Source: Wallemia ichthyophaga EXF-994 (taxonomy: Eukaryota > Fungi > Basidiomycota). Taken from it: a stretch of 62,000 nt of DNA. Under the pieces are notes generated by a model. That model ran no database searches. It saw only the letters and a list, made by a program, of their open reading frames with translations, and had not been told where the DNA came from. Of the stretch, positions 45,442-58,078 are shown piece after piece. The number at the start of each line of letters is the position of its first letter. Position 1 is the stretch's first letter. The stretch is taken from assembly GCF_000400465.1 (NCBI RefSeq), contig NW_008806277.1, positions 20,001 to 82,000 on the forward strand, given 5' to 3'. Position numbers and translations under genes: made by a program.

Positions 45442-45720
45442 CTCATCGGCGTTTGATTTTGAGATTTGAGATAAGAAACTCAGGTTAGATTAGAACGATC
45501 AAATTCGATTTAGAATAAAAATGAAATTAGGGGATTCACTCGTCAGCTAGCCTCCGCTGGAATCATCTAACTTACTGAGCCACTGGCCATTGACCATCTC
45601 AGCAATTCTAACGCCTCAAACTTGCACGTAGATTCAGTCTAAAGAACGGCTCGGACAGCCACATAGTCTGTTGGAGAATCCTTGATAGATCTCACGCTCT
45701 TCTTGCTTATCTCTTCGATA

Positions 45721-46923
45721 ATGTCGACATCTCAAACGCCTTATGCGCAAATTTTCTCTTCTTCGTGGCCCTCCAAACAGTCTCAGATGACTCAGGCGTT
45801 CCAAGAGAATGACATTTACATATTTGCACAACTTGCACTCAAATTTATACTCAAATGGCTGGAATTTTTTTTTATAGCGCGATGTACATTTGAATGGTAG
45901 AATTGTTCTCTGATTTTATAAGATTATCGACGAATTTCTCATATCAACGATAGATTTCGTCCAATCATCTCAAATGCTGTTAGACGTTCAGGTCAAAATT
46001 TTGCAAGACATCTCGATTGGGACACTTCTGAGCTGAGTTGTTGGACTGGTTTCTGTCAAGAAGTTGCTGGTATTCATGGTGAGACTTTGTCTAATATATT
46101 AGTACTGGGTGAGTTGGAACCTTCCCGTTTGAGCGAGCTATCTGGATTATTTCAATCACTGGCTATACTCCTATTCAAAGTACACTCAATCACTCAATTC
46201 TACCAAAACCGTCTCCAAAACGTTGTCAAATGGCCACTGAAACTTTCGAGGCAACACAGAATGAAGAATTGGAGAGACCTTGCTGTTTTGTCCAACACAG
46301 ATTCGCCGTTGCGGGTTGTGTCTGAAATCATACTCGATAATCTTCGACATGTTGCCGATGTCGTTATATATCTTGCTGTACAGACCAACAGGAGCGTAAT
46401 CCATCTAATTGGATATAGTGTTTTTACGGCGCTGATACACGTCGAACTGAGTTTCATGAACATTAACGTCTTTACTAATGATGAAGTGGTTTTTCCAGTT
46501 CAACACAAATGGTGGTGGGTGAGTGGGTTTTTTGTTTCCAGTCTAAGTTTCTTCAAGGTTCTCAAAACAACTACAAATACAGCAGATATTAGCAGAATGA
46601 TTACTGAGATCATGTTGAAAATATCCAACAAAAGCACTCCTTCTAGAGTAACACATAGCTCGATAAAACCCATCATCTCTGCAATCGAAGCGAGAAGTTC
46701 AGCTCAATAAGAACACAAAGTGCAGATACCACATTCAATGTATCCAATGTATCTAAAAGATACCATAAAATTTCAAAATATCTATTCAGTTTCCTTGTCT
46801 TGGTTTTACACCAGGAACTGGAACCAGACGACTTTTATCCTTCCTAGCCGTCTTCTTGCGTTTAAGCTGTCTAGAAATCAAAGAGCTGCAGTAGAAAGAC
46901 ACTGGAGCTATGAGATTGTATGA
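45721..46923 (+). CDS. Hypothetical multi-exon protein (structure unresolved)
   Basis: Chain of open segments (45682-45900, 46087-46710, 46720-46923) with GT/AG-bounded gaps; no family recognised. Confidence 0.35.
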
Positions 46924-48389
46924 GATAGCAGCTTGTAGTGGGACTTTGAGAGATAATTCGGCTGTCTCACTTTGAGGATTGCAAATTAGACCACCGAGTA
47001 GAATAAGGAGCATAGCCATACTTGCAAACACCATATGCATCAAAAAGATGGCAAAATTAGGCGCGTCAAACTTATCCAACAGAAACATCAAGCCGAATAC
47101 TGGGATGATGAAGAAAATGCCATATTGGATTAACTGTGAGAAAAATGAGCATTTGAGGCTAAATATGATGTAAACTTACATATCCAGCTACTACAAATTT
47201 CTGACCTATCCGCAGATCTCTGAAAGACAAGGCTAATAAAGAAAACAGATGCTCAAAATCAACACCCATAGCAACGGTGTACTGGGTAAGTGTGAAGATT
47301 TGCAGTGCCACAAAGACATCATTCCATCCTATCTTTTCCGGGTTTCCAGTAGGTCGGAGCAATAAAGCCACAGATGCAAACATCATTGAGCAGTAGATGG
47401 CTTGCGTTACATTGCCTTCCAATGTCATACAGCACATGATGGGATGTACAAACTCTACTGATTTGAAGAATTCGCGTCCGTGTTGTTCATTATACCATCT
47501 TCTACTGACTGAGATGACTGTTAATGATACGGTAATACTGTGAGAGTGAGAATAATAACAATCAAGTAGCGCTTACTCACGCAAATATCGTACTTTTGCT
47601 CCACGTATTTGGGATTAGTGGTAGAAGAGTACACATGGCGTAGCTCTGCAGCCACTCATCAGGTTCATAAGAAGACGACTTGATCACGTTGTATCCCAGC
47701 AAGAAAATGACAAGTGACCAAAGCCTTTGATCGTAGTAAGTGAGCTGCAGTGGTGTGAGTGAGTGAGTGAAGTTAGTGTACTAGACACGCACTACGATTG
47801 TGAGCAGAGAGAGAATAGAGATTATGACATTAGTGAGCTGCTGTCTGATAGAGCCTGTGTGATTTGTGCGATTGAATAGTGCAATACAACTATCCAAGTA
47901 AGTAGTCGCAGCTGAGTAGATGAAGGTGTTTATCACTAAGCCAACCTGACTTTCAAATGGGGCGTCTTGGATACTTAGAGCCAGGCAGCCAAATCCAGCG
48001 CAGAGTAAGATCGGGGCTCTAATGAGTGGTTTATAGAAATCAGCGTGCGCGTGCGCATGTGTGCTGTTGTCAAAGTTGGTATAATGCTTGAGTATGTGAA
48101 GTGAGAGCAGGAAAGAGAATCCAAAGAGAGCGGTAATGATAAGAATATCATTGAATAGTTTATTATATCTGAAATGGCGTCATTTGATGCCGAAGAGAGT
48201 GGTTGCGTCTACCAACATTTTCAAATCTTTTATAGCTCGAATCGTATCATCAATCGAAGGGATTTGGTTAAATACATATTTTGTATCGTCCATTTGCTCA
48301 ATAATTCTACCTAAATTATATTCTTCCGGATTTCGGTTGTAAACTTGCGAGCAATCATCCAACAGCCAAACTCGGCAAATAAACGGCAA
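46786..48389 (-). CDS. Hypothetical multi-pass membrane protein, multi-exon (ends uncertain)
   Basis: Successive hydrophobic exons (APILLCAGFGCLAL; LWSLVIFLLGY; IYCSMMFASVALLL; FAIFLMHMVFASMAMLLILLGGLI) separated by canonical GTGAGT/GTAAGT..CAG introns. Confidence 0.5.
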
Positions 48390-50163
48390 TGGTTTATGTG
48401 CCTTATATTAGCTCAAAGCTGCCTAATTACGATGGCCCATATCCTGTCGGTGCGTTTGATTTGGAGTTGCCAGTCGATGAGGTACGACTTTTCGCCACCG
48501 ATAGAGCCCCACACAACTCACACTGACGCAGCCAGACGAAAAGCAATCTGCCAGCTTCAAGATTGATACAGATCCGGAGCCACTCAAGCTAGAAACTGTC
48601 CTCTTCACACTGTACTACCCAACAGACAAGAAAGCTTTTAACGGCAAGGGGAAGCTTATCAAGTGGTTTCCTAGGCCATTCGCTTCCACCGCTTATGGAT
48701 ATGCTAAGCTTGCTGAGATTTCTCGCACTTTTGCAGGTGAAGCACGCTGACTGCCAATTCCTAATGCGTAACTGACTTTTATACTTTAGTTTCATTCGCA
48801 CATGCTCTAGCTCGCAGCACAAAGATCCCTGCATACGATTCTGCTCCTCTCGCTTCCTGCCCCACGGGAAAATGGCCGCTTATCATCTTCTCGCACGGCC
48901 TCGGCGGGCAGAGGAGAATGTACAGCCACCTCTGCGGGAGCCTGGCTAGTCATGGATATATAGTGTGTGCAGTTGAGCACCGCGATGGAAGTGCACCAAC
49001 TTCGTGGGTCTATCCACCGCTCAACAATCGCAGCGAGCAGGGCTCGCCGAGATCAGTCACCTGGTACGACTGGAAACAGGTGAAGTTTGAAGATCCTTCA
49101 AAAGAAGAGTCCCACGTCCCTCTGCGTGACGAGCAGCTCGATTTCCGGTTGAGAGAGCTTGAGATGACCTGGAAACATCTCAAACGTATTGCTGCGGGCC
49201 AGGGCGCTGCATCTGAGCTCATGAACCATCGTAAGAAAGTAAGTGGTGCTGCAGGCCAAGTGAATTGGGATTCATTCGCAAGATGTATGGATGCAGACAG
49301 GGATGTTACTTTCATGGGCCACAGCTTCGGTGGAGCGACTATCTGCAGGGTTGCGACCAAGTCAGATGGATTTCTGCGATGCATAACACTCGATCCTGTG
49401 CGTATTTCTTTGCCATTCAATCACACCGCGGCTAACAAGACACTCCCAGTGGAGCTGGTGGGAGATTTTCCCAGAAGACGCCATCTCGTACCCCGTTTTC
49501 TCACCGCCGCATTTCGACATCAAGGTGCCTTTGCTGACGATCAATTCTGAGCAGTTCACAGTATGGCACGACAACTTCCGCTCCGTCTACGACCTTCACC
49601 GACGCCAGAAAGATAAAGGACTGCCGTCGTGGTTATTCACCATCTGCGGCACGCTTCACGCTTCATTCAGCGACATCAACCTAATTGCGCCTCGGCTGTC
49701 CAAGTACAAAGGGATGCGTATCAACCCAAAGCAAGCACTTGGCCTGACGGTGGATGTCGTGAGGGAGTTCACGAACCAAAACCCCAGCCATGACCGTACA
49801 CCTTCGATCCACACCCACGCTAGCACCGACACATCTGAGTTCTCCGTGTGTGAGAGCGAGGATGAGGAGCATGCGCGTGTTCTCGATGAAAGACGTCGCG
49901 AGAGGCCCTACGAACTCGCTGACGAGGACAAGGAGAGCATTATGAAGAGGTGGCCGCCACGTCTCCCGCCAACGTCGAAAGAGCTGATCAAGTTGAAGAT
50001 CGGAGAGCCCGGCCATTTCGTCCTGCATATCAAACCGAGAGAGGAATATGCAGGGGCAGATGTGGAAGACTCTATACCGTCGCCTACCCTCCCCAGTCAC
50101 ACACCGCCAGATACTACGAGTCAGCCTAACCAGCAGCTGCCATACAATGTGTCGGCATCGTGA
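48389..50163 (+). CDS. PAF-acetylhydrolase (isoform II)-like alpha/beta hydrolase, multi-exon
   Basis: LPNYDGPYPVG start, FSHGLGG, AVEHRDGSA, MGHSFGG nucleophile elbow, LDP, GTLHASFSD. Confidence 0.85.
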
Positions 50164-50299
50164 GCGCGGCTACCCAATCCACACACCACACACCCACACA
50201 CTAACAAAGCAAGGACATGTACTTCTAATCCCTAATTAGTTACTTTAATTGAACATTTTGTTACAATTATAATAAATTTATTTGATAGACACGCGCAGA

Positions 50300-51877
50300 C
50301 TACTCTCCCAGCGCAGCCATAGCACCGTCATATCCCTGTCTCCAGCCAGTTTCGAATTCCCACATGTTCCCACTTAGGCCTCTAAAAGCTGAGTGTTCGT
50401 CCATCCGCGCCTCGATCCATTTCCCGACGAAGCCGATTTCTGAGCGCCCGACTACGTGGTGAGAGGGAGGGCGATGATAAGCAAACATTACCTATAGGTA
50501 GTGTGTTAGCAGGCAAACAACGTAACAGCTGCCATTACACACCGCATCATCCCAACCGATCCTGAAGCCATCTTCGAATCTCCAGTGTTCGGCAACAGGC
50601 AGACCTTGAGAGGCCCAGTATTGAGCGTGAGTGTGTACAGCATGTTGGCCGAGTTCGTCTCTCTCCTCCAGCGACGCTCTGCCCTCCTCTGGCAGACCTC
50701 TCCTGCCGCCTGCCCACTGGGGGAAAGCGTGAGTGTTGACGGCCTCCTTGAAATCCCAACCGGTATCCCCGCCATGCTCCTTGCGCAGTGTCCAGAAGAA
50801 CCAGCCAGCGGTGGTGCGTTCGTAGAGTGCGAGTTGGGCGCCGATCCACATGGCGATCATATCGTGATGATCGTGTCCCGCCGTCGACCCCGGATTCAGC
50901 CCGCCACTCCACTCACCGACAATGAGACTCCCGCGGGCTTTGCGCTGCGCCTCGCCCAGGAACTCGAGATACTCCGCTTGACACCGCCCAGTATGGTCGA
51001 ACGCACTCGCGCTTGTTTGCTCCTCGGTGAAACAGCGATAGAGGTGGTGGTCGAGCATGACGAAATCTTTGCGACTGCCTACTACACCGGAATAATACTC
51101 CGTGTCCCATGCATCTCCTAGCGCTAGGGGGAAATGCGGGTGGGTCAGTGTGCGCGCTTCGCTCAGTATGTCGAGATAAAGTGATAGTAACGCATCGTTG
51201 TTCGCTGGCTCATTCACTAGCTCCACTCCTACCACATTGTCGCGAGGGGAAAAGTGTGCGATGAGGAAACGCAGCGCATGCTTGAGTACTGCGATGTTAC
51301 GCTCCTCCCACATCTTAATCTCAGGTCCAGATCTCCCAGAGTGATCATCGTGGTTTTGCTTTCCAGGTGCAGAATGTAGATCGAAGTGTACACCAATGTT
51401 CCACTTCTCCGCCCAATCTACGGCTCTTTCGATGTAGGATATAGTGTTCTCGTACACATGTCCCAGGCCTTGGAAATCTGTGCCGTCGAGATACCCTTGT
51501 CCGAGATATTTGCTGAAATGGTAGTATCCTACTGGGATACGCACCGTGTTTATACCAATACTAGACAACCACTCGAAATCTGCTTCAGTTATCCACGTCT
51601 CGTAGTGCTGCTCCATTATTTCTTTTGCATTTCCGCCGCGAGCTACATCGTGGTCTGATTGGGCTGGCTCTACCGCCTCCCTGTAGGGAGACCAGGTGAT
51701 CCACTTTTCGAGGACAAACCAGCTGCCTAGATTGACACCGCGCTGCTTACGAAATCTGTACACATCAGCGGGCGATAGGATTCTTGGTGGTATTGTGTGG
51801 TTCGAAGTGGGGTAAGCGTGAGCGTTGGATGTTGGCTCTGTCGAAAAGGATTTCTTGAGCGATTTGAAAATTCCCAT
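50300..51877 (-). CDS. Glycoside hydrolase family 5 (exo-1,3-beta-glucanase-like), one intron near 50490-50540
   Basis: RGVNLGSWFVLEKWI, GINTVRIPVGY, DLHSAPGKQN, ELVNEP (acid/base), IVGEWS (nucleophile), GWFFWT; no signal peptide. Confidence 0.9.
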
Positions 51878-52049
51878 AATAGTGAGACAACTTAGTATTA
51901 TAACAAAACAAGTGTTGCGTCGTAGATATTTCATATATGCGCAAGACACACACACGTGAGCAGATTATTTAATTCAAAATGAATAAGATTCACAAAAGAA
52001 AAAAGTTCATTTAATAGTCGATTAGATTATTTGGTTATATGCTTTGTAC

Positions 52050-53060
52050 TTATGCATTGCGGTGGAAATCAATAACCTGGTTGACTTCATGCTTCGAGCC
52101 CAAGAAGACAGGCACTCTCTCGTGGATAGAAGTAGGCTTGATGTCCAAGATGCGTTGTGTGCCAGTAGTGGCAATACCACCGGCTTGTTCGATGAGCATG
52201 GCCATTGGGAAACCCTCGTAGAGAATACGCAGCTTACCATCCTTGGTCTTCTTGTCGCCTGGGTAACCAAAGATACCACCGTAAAGAAGTGTTCTATGGA
52301 CATCAGCAACCATAGAACCAATGTATCTGGCGCTGTAAGGTTTGCTACCGTCTGCAGGGTTCTTGATAGAGTCAAGGTATTTGTTTACAGGTTCATGGAA
52401 GAACTTGCTGTTACCTTCATTGAAAGAGTAAATAGAGCCCTTTTCAGGAAGGGTGATGTTTTCGTGGGTGAGGATGAATTCACCGAGGGCAGGGTCAAGG
52501 GTGTAGCCATTAACGCCAGAGCCGGTGGTGATGACGAGGTTGGTGGAGGCACCATACATGGTATAACCGGCGGCAACCATATCAGAGCCCCTCTGCAGGG
52601 CGTCTTCTATGTCGCCCTTTGAGCCATCCCTGACCTTGTAGATACCGAAGATGGTACCAACGTTAACACCGGCGTCAATGTTGGAAGAACCATCGAGAGG
52701 ATCGAAAGTGACGCAGTACTTGCCCCTCTTTCCATCCTCAATGAAGACAGGATCGTCGAGTTCCTCAGAGACGAGGACAGCAGTCTTACCAGAAGCCCTG
52801 AGAGAGTTGATCATGATTTCGTTGGACAGGACATCGAGTTTCTTCTGGTCCTCGCCCTGGACGTTGGTCTCACCAGCCAAACCAACGAGGTTGATAAGCC
52901 TGGCTTTACGGACGTTGTTCGCGATGAACTTTGACGTCAGCGTGACTGAGGTGAGGAGAAGAGAAAGATCGCCAGACGCTTCAGGCGAGTTGTGCTGGTC
53001 TTCCAAGATATGGCGGGAGACAGTCTGTAAGTTTGTGTTTGAATTTGGACCTTCTGACAT
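52050..53060 (-). CDS. FBP1: Fructose-1,6-bisphosphatase class I
   Basis: GEDQKKLDV, FDPLDGSSNIDA, RYIGSMVADVHRTLLYGG, KLRILYE. Confidence 0.97.
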   Translation of the reverse strand: MSEGPNSNTNLQTVSRHILEDQHNSPEASGDLSLLLTSVTLTSKFIANNVRKARLINLVGLAGETNVQGEDQKKLDVLSNEIMINSLRASGKTAVLVSEELDDPVFIEDGKRGKYCVTFDPLDGSSNIDAGVNVGTIFGIYKVRDGSKGDIEDALQRGSDMVAAGYTMYGASTNLVITTGSGVNGYTLDPALGEFILTHENITLPEKGSIYSFNEGNSKFFHEPVNKYLDSIKNPADGSKPYSARYIGSMVADVHRTLLYGGIFGYPGDKKTKDGKLRILYEGFPMAMLIEQAGGIATTGTQRILDIKPTSIHERVPVFLGSKHEVNQVIDFHRNA

Positions 53061-53562
53061 GGCTGTATGGTTGAAAGAAGATGGAGCCGGCGGAGGGCTA
53101 GCGTGTGGATAGATTCGATGAGGTCATTGGATTTTGGTGGGTGGGTTATTGAGCGGTGAGTGCGCGTAAAGTCTGTGCCTCTAATGCTGGCGCTTGATCT
53201 AGTGTGTTACTCACACCTGCGTGGTTACATCACTTTACAAATGGATAAATGAATTGCGGGGGTAGTTTTGCATATATCCACCGGTACACCACACAATTTA
53301 CAAATTTATGCAATTCCACTGCCACTGCTGTGCGATGTATAGTGCGTAGTATAGCATTCCCGGGACATTCCAATGAGCACGCAAGTGGGCTGCACTGTGG
53401 GCAATCTATTGGGCCATCCAACGACAAAATACCATCGTGATTATCCTACTGCTCGCTCACAAAACTCAAATTAATTCCGGCGAAACATCCTAAATCTGAA
53501 ATCCTCCGAATCATCGCACTTCTAAATTTCTAAAGCCATCACAACGCAGCAAATCGCAAATA

Positions 53563-54276
53563 ATGAACTGGGTCGGAATACTAAAGAAGATATTCAAGAT
53601 ATGCGTGAAGGAGATAGAGAAGCATCAGGAGCAGCAGAGTGAGCCAACTCCAGCACCCTCGCAGAAACCAACGGGAGAATACATACCGCCCAAGGAATCG
53701 CTCGGAGAGAAGCGGATTAACGGTCAAGCAGCAGAGCAGTACTGGATGTCTCAGCCCGAGTACACGGAACTCCGCGACCGCGCCAACGCAGAAGGCGACA
53801 AGATGGGCAGGTGTTTCGACGCAGCCAGCAGTGCATACACCAGTGGTGACGGCGGTAGAGCTAAAGAGCTTAGCAACGAGGGCAAGGAGCATAAGAAGGA
53901 GCGCAGTCGCATTAACAAACAAGCCGCAGATTGGATCTTCGAGAAAAACAACCTCGATAACCGCCGCGATGAGGTCGATCTGCATGGCTTGTATGTTAAA
54001 GAGGCCATGGGGAAGGTGGAGGAAGCCATCGCCAATGCTCGCGTTTCTAATATCAACCCGCTCAAAGTCGTCGTCGGGCGCGGCACCCACTCTAAAAATC
54101 ATGTCTCAAAGATGAAGCCGGCGATTGAAGGTATGATGCGCAAAGAGAATCTGAGATGCAGAGTAGATCCAACCAACGCTGGCCAGCTGCTCGTATATCT
54201 CGATGGTCAGGGTGATGGAACGGATAATGCTGAGGACGTTGCCAAGGACACGGAGGATGCTTGTGTTATTATGTGA
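53563..54276 (+). CDS. DUF1771 + Smr domain protein
   Basis: AASSAYTSGDGGRAKELSNEGK (DUF1771), VDLHGLYVKEA, VVVGRGTHS (Smr). Confidence 0.88.
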   Translation: MNWVGILKKIFKICVKEIEKHQEQQSEPTPAPSQKPTGEYIPPKESLGEKRINGQAAEQYWMSQPEYTELRDRANAEGDKMGRCFDAASSAYTSGDGGRAKELSNEGKEHKKERSRINKQAADWIFEKNNLDNRRDEVDLHGLYVKEAMGKVEEAIANARVSNINPLKVVVGRGTHSKNHVSKMKPAIEGMMRKENLRCRVDPTNAGQLLVYLDGQGDGTDNAEDVAKDTEDACVIM

Positions 54277-54300
54277 TGTACACACCTATGTAATGTTATT

Positions 54301-55173
54301 CTACCTGCTATAGAAATTAATAACACCATCACTCCCACTGCTAACCATTTCCTCGCGTGTGGGGTGGTGGTCGACGTAAAGCACCGCCTTCTCGTGTGAC
54401 TTGTGCTGTGATACTATTCTACTCTCCAGCATATCCCATACGAGTAGTCTGCCATCCTCGCTGGTGCTGATGACAGACGAGTCACCAAGCCCGAAAGTAG
54501 AAACCGCTTTGAACTTCTCAGCGGCGTGACCGGAGAACGTAGCGAGGAGTTCTCCCGTCGCCGTATCTAGCAACCGCACTTTATTATCCAGCGTAGAGAC
54601 GAGGATGGCGGAGTTATCCGATGTAGGTTTAACAGAAGTGACGGCGTGATCGAGGTAATCCTGACGGAGCTGTCCAGCTCTAAGATCGTAAGTGCGCACA
54701 AAGCCATCTACGCTAGCAGAGTAAACGATGGAGCCACTGACACACACATCCACCACGCTATCCGAAGCATCGTCAAGTATCTGCAGAGGGAGACGCTGTC
54801 TAGCACGCATATCCCATATGCGCACCGTAGAGTCAAACGAGCCAGACAGTAGCACTGAGGCATCGCCGTTGAATGCCACCGTGTTCACTTTGCTGTCGTG
54901 TCCAACGCACCTGCGTACTGTCGCGCCCGCTTGCACATCCCATACAAATACACTCTTGTCTCCCCCGCAGCTGGCGAAATGGGTGTTGTCGGGCGTTATG
55001 CTCAACCCAAGCACCTCGTAGCCGTGCCCGTTGTACGCCTTCACTTGGCTCGCCGTGTGCGGATTCCATAGTCGTATACTGCGATCTCGCCCTCCACTTA
55101 GGCAATACCGCCCCGCATTGTTGTTGAACTTTACTACATTCACGGGCCCGCTGTGGCCGAGAAGTTGCGTCAT
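54301..55173 (-). CDS. WD40 protein WDR83/MORG1-like
   Basis: YCLSGGRDRSIRLWNP, FASCGGDKSVFVWDV, SGSFDSTVRIWD, SASVDGFVRTYDLRAG. Confidence 0.88.
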   Translation of the reverse strand: MTQLLGHSGPVNVVKFNNNAGRYCLSGGRDRSIRLWNPHTASQVKAYNGHGYEVLGLSITPDNTHFASCGGDKSVFVWDVQAGATVRRCVGHDSKVNTVAFNGDASVLLSGSFDSTVRIWDMRARQRLPLQILDDASDSVVDVCVSGSIVYSASVDGFVRTYDLRAGQLRQDYLDHAVTSVKPTSDNSAILVSTLDNKVRLLDTATGELLATFSGHAAEKFKAVSTFGLGDSSVISTSEDGRLLVWDMLESRIVSQHKSHEKAVLYVDHHPTREEMVSSGSDGVINFYSR

Positions 55174-55372
55174 GGTTGTTCGGTTTAGATTACAGTGTGT
55201 ATCGTATAAGTTATTAAATACAAATGATTAAAGTATAATTACCTGCTTATACTCCGCTATGTAGTGTAGGTATGAGTTTACTAGAAATTGAAATGAGCGT
55301 GGTGTTTGTGGGGTTGCTGCTTCTGTGCGTATGAGCAGCTATGAATACATAAATGAGCGCGTTTGTTTGTGT

Positions 55373-56485
55373 CTATCTAACTATCTCCTGCGCTGATCCC
55401 TTCCTCCTAATCAGTTTATTGAATATTCTGTTGTTGTAAAAATGTGAAGATTTTGTGATCTTACTCGCGACTGCTGGGTGTTTCAATTCGAGTGGTGTCT
55501 CTGGTGGACTAGCTAGGGCCATCAATGAAGGTATGTTCTGTGTCTGGAGTGGGTGATGTGGGTGATTAGAGTGAGTGTGGTAAGAGTGCTGTTGCTGCTG
55601 CGAGTGATATGTTTGCTGTTGATTCAGCGGACTAAGTGAGATATTCCCGCGTGGACGAAGCGTTGGCTGTGATCTTTGTTGACGAAGTTGGTGGTGTTTG
55701 CGTATTGCCGATGGGGATGGGTACGCGGGGATATTGTGTAAGTTGTGGTAGAACATAGGTGGTGGCTGTAGTGGCTGGTATTGCTGATATGGAAGCATCA
55801 TCTGTGCAGGCATCTGTGGCATTTGCGAGATGGGAGAGATGGGAGCCATTCCAGCCATTCCAGCCATGTTTACTGGAGGCGCCCTAATTAACGGACCAAA
55901 CTCCCTGACAATGTCTTGATGAGTTATATTCAATTCAAAATTCAAAAAGGACAGCAGCTGCCTCTCCATCAAGTTAACCTCTGCCACACTAAACAACCTA
56001 GCGTGTCTAGCCCAGTGCTTGTTCTTAGGGCTGCTGTCATTAAGAAATTTTGAAGCGACTATCAAAGCAGCCAAGAATACTCTATGTCTGGTGCAAGACA
56101 TGCCTTTAGCAACGGGTGGAAGCTTGAGCCTAAGTCTATCCAAGTAAACGAGGGTAGAAATGAGAGTTGGAACTTGGACATTTGATTGGTCAACCAGAGT
56201 TGCGATAAAGCATTCCAAACTGGGCAAGGTAGATGATTGAGCGAGTAAATCATCTGTCAAAGACAAATTGGGCAATTCAGCAGCATCTTTTGTTGGCGTA
56301 GCAGGTGGTGTGAGTACTGATTCATATCCATTCTTCCCCCCAGCCGATAACAAGCTATCCGTTGTCTTCTTTGCGAGGTAGGTGATCATTGAGGGCGTAA
56401 CGGGTGAGTAAACAAATTCCAATAACTCCTTTTCATGCTTAAAGAAGCTTAATTGACTAAACGGGCACTTCCTATCAATCTTCAT
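55373..56485 (-). CDS. Pho85 cyclin (Pcl1/Pcl2 family)
   Basis: [64 protein letters not shown]. Confidence 0.9.
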   Translation of the reverse strand: MKIDRKCPFSQLSFFKHEKELLEFVYSPVTPSMITYLAKKTTDSLLSAGGKNGYESVLTPPATPTKDAAELPNLSLTDDLLAQSSTLPSLECFIATLVDQSNVQVPTLISTLVYLDRLRLKLPPVAKGMSCTRHRVFLAALIVASKFLNDSSPKNKHWARHARLFSVAEVNLMERQLLSFLNFELNITHQDIVREFGPLIRAPPVNMAGMAGMAPISPISQMPQMPAQMMLPYQQYQPLQPPPMFYHNLHNIPAYPSPSAIRKHHQLRQQRSQPTLRPRGNISLSPLNQQQTYHSQQQQHSYHTHSNHPHHPLQTQNIPSLMALASPPETPLELKHPAVASKITKSSHFYNNRIFNKLIRRKGSAQEIVR

Positions 56486-57212
56486 TGTTACGTTCCAACT
56501 TTTTCACTTATTCTCAATAAGGAAGGTCTTTCACTTTGAGCTTGTGGACGTTCTCAACTAAGAAATATTTCATCTTCTCATTTTATATTCCATTTGTACC
56601 TTATGATTGATTTGTTGACATGCTTTCAACCTGCTTCGCCGTCAACTTTATTAAGACCTAGGGTTGGCAAAAATTTTTATTTTCTTGTGTCTTTTGAGAT
56701 GAGGAGGGGGCATATCCGTAGGGAGCTTGAGCATCCCTTTCAAACCACCTTTCAAACGCGTAAAATTCTAACTTTTCGTCGAGATATGCACGTCATTGCG
56801 TAATAGTAAACAAGGGCGGGAAAGGCGAGAATACATGCAAGCAATACATCTAGTACAAGCACTGCACTCCCGCACAAAACCCACCCTCTATCCTCACAAA
56901 TCAGTCAAATACCTCAATTTACGTCACCAAATGTCTAATTCATATCTCATCGGGCTCAATTTCATAAAACAGCTGTCAGATCTATTTTGTCTTTTTGGGT
57001 GAAATATGAATATTTTCAGCCTTTTCCGCTCATTTGGCTACAAATTCTGACGTCTTGAACCGGCCAACGTATAGTCCGCAGGGAGGGGCAGCAGACAGCG
57101 CGTAGACTACAATATATTAGTATATCGCACACAAACACACAATATATCACATTGGACAGCGACAACACGCAGCACAGCTCATCACAGCACACACCCCAAT
57201 GCACCCAACCCC

Positions 57213-57905
57213 ATGCCCAATATCAGCGTAAGAGAACGAATAAGCGCTTTGGAGCAGCAGCACCGGCCGAGCACAAGCGAAGGCGTCGCCGATGCCCATC
57301 GAAGGATATCCAGCAATTCCACAAGCATGAATGTGAAGCAGCGCGCGAGTTATTTCCAGGGCGAGGAGAGTAGAAGTAGGAGTAGGAGTAGCGGCAGCGA
57401 CAGTGCTGGTGGTACTAGCAATGACACCACGAGCAGCAACACGGGCAACGCATCCACTCCACCCTCCACCAATCCACCTTCCTCTCCCCGCATCGACAGC
57501 AGCAGCGTGCAGGTGGAGAGTGGCAGTGTGGGCAGCGCCGATAACAGCATACATACACCTACTCCCGCCTCACCCGCTTTCACAGCCACCACTGACGTCC
57601 ATTATCAGGTCCCTGAGCTCGTCGAAACGGACTTGGAACACAACCAGGAAATAATCCAGCTGCTGAGAAACGACAAACAGCTGTCTTTTGCACATGAGAC
57701 TCAGACACATGCACACCCTCAGTCTCGTACGGACGTTCTTCAGGCTACACACGACCTAGCAAACCTCAGTACATCCTTCGACGGTGAAGTTGGTGAGCTG
57801 GACGGCGTTCTTGATGCGGATAGCAGTATTAGCAGTGCTAGCAATCGTGATAGTGAACTGGAAGCAGATACTGAGGCTGGCTGGGTGACAGTCATCACAA
57901 CATAA
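57213..57905 (+). CDS. Hypothetical low-complexity Ser/Thr-rich protein
   Basis: 230-aa ATG ORF with repeated SVRERISALE/NVKQRASYF motifs; predicted disordered. Confidence 0.55.
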   Translation: MPNISVRERISALEQQHRPSTSEGVADAHRRISSNSTSMNVKQRASYFQGEESRSRSRSSGSDSAGGTSNDTTSSNTGNASTPPSTNPPSSPRIDSSSVQVESGSVGSADNSIHTPTPASPAFTATTDVHYQVPELVETDLEHNQEIIQLLRNDKQLSFAHETQTHAHPQSRTDVLQATHDLANLSTSFDGEVGELDGVLDADSSISSASNRDSELEADTEAGWVTVITT

Positions 57906-58078
57906 CCATGACTGAATATGTCTTATTATATGGATACCTAGTCAAAATAATACACGCAGTTTATCAGTAGAATCAGTAGACAGCAGGTAGCTTGAAGTAC
58001 CTATTATAATCCATTTTCCTATTTTGTTTCTAGTTTCATTTGAATTCTAATTTGAGTTCCCATTGGCCTTCACTCCAC

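Noticed and set aside
56490-56700. Possible 5'-UTR introns upstream of the PCL cyclin
   Set aside because: Donor and branch sites are weak; not supportable without transcripts.
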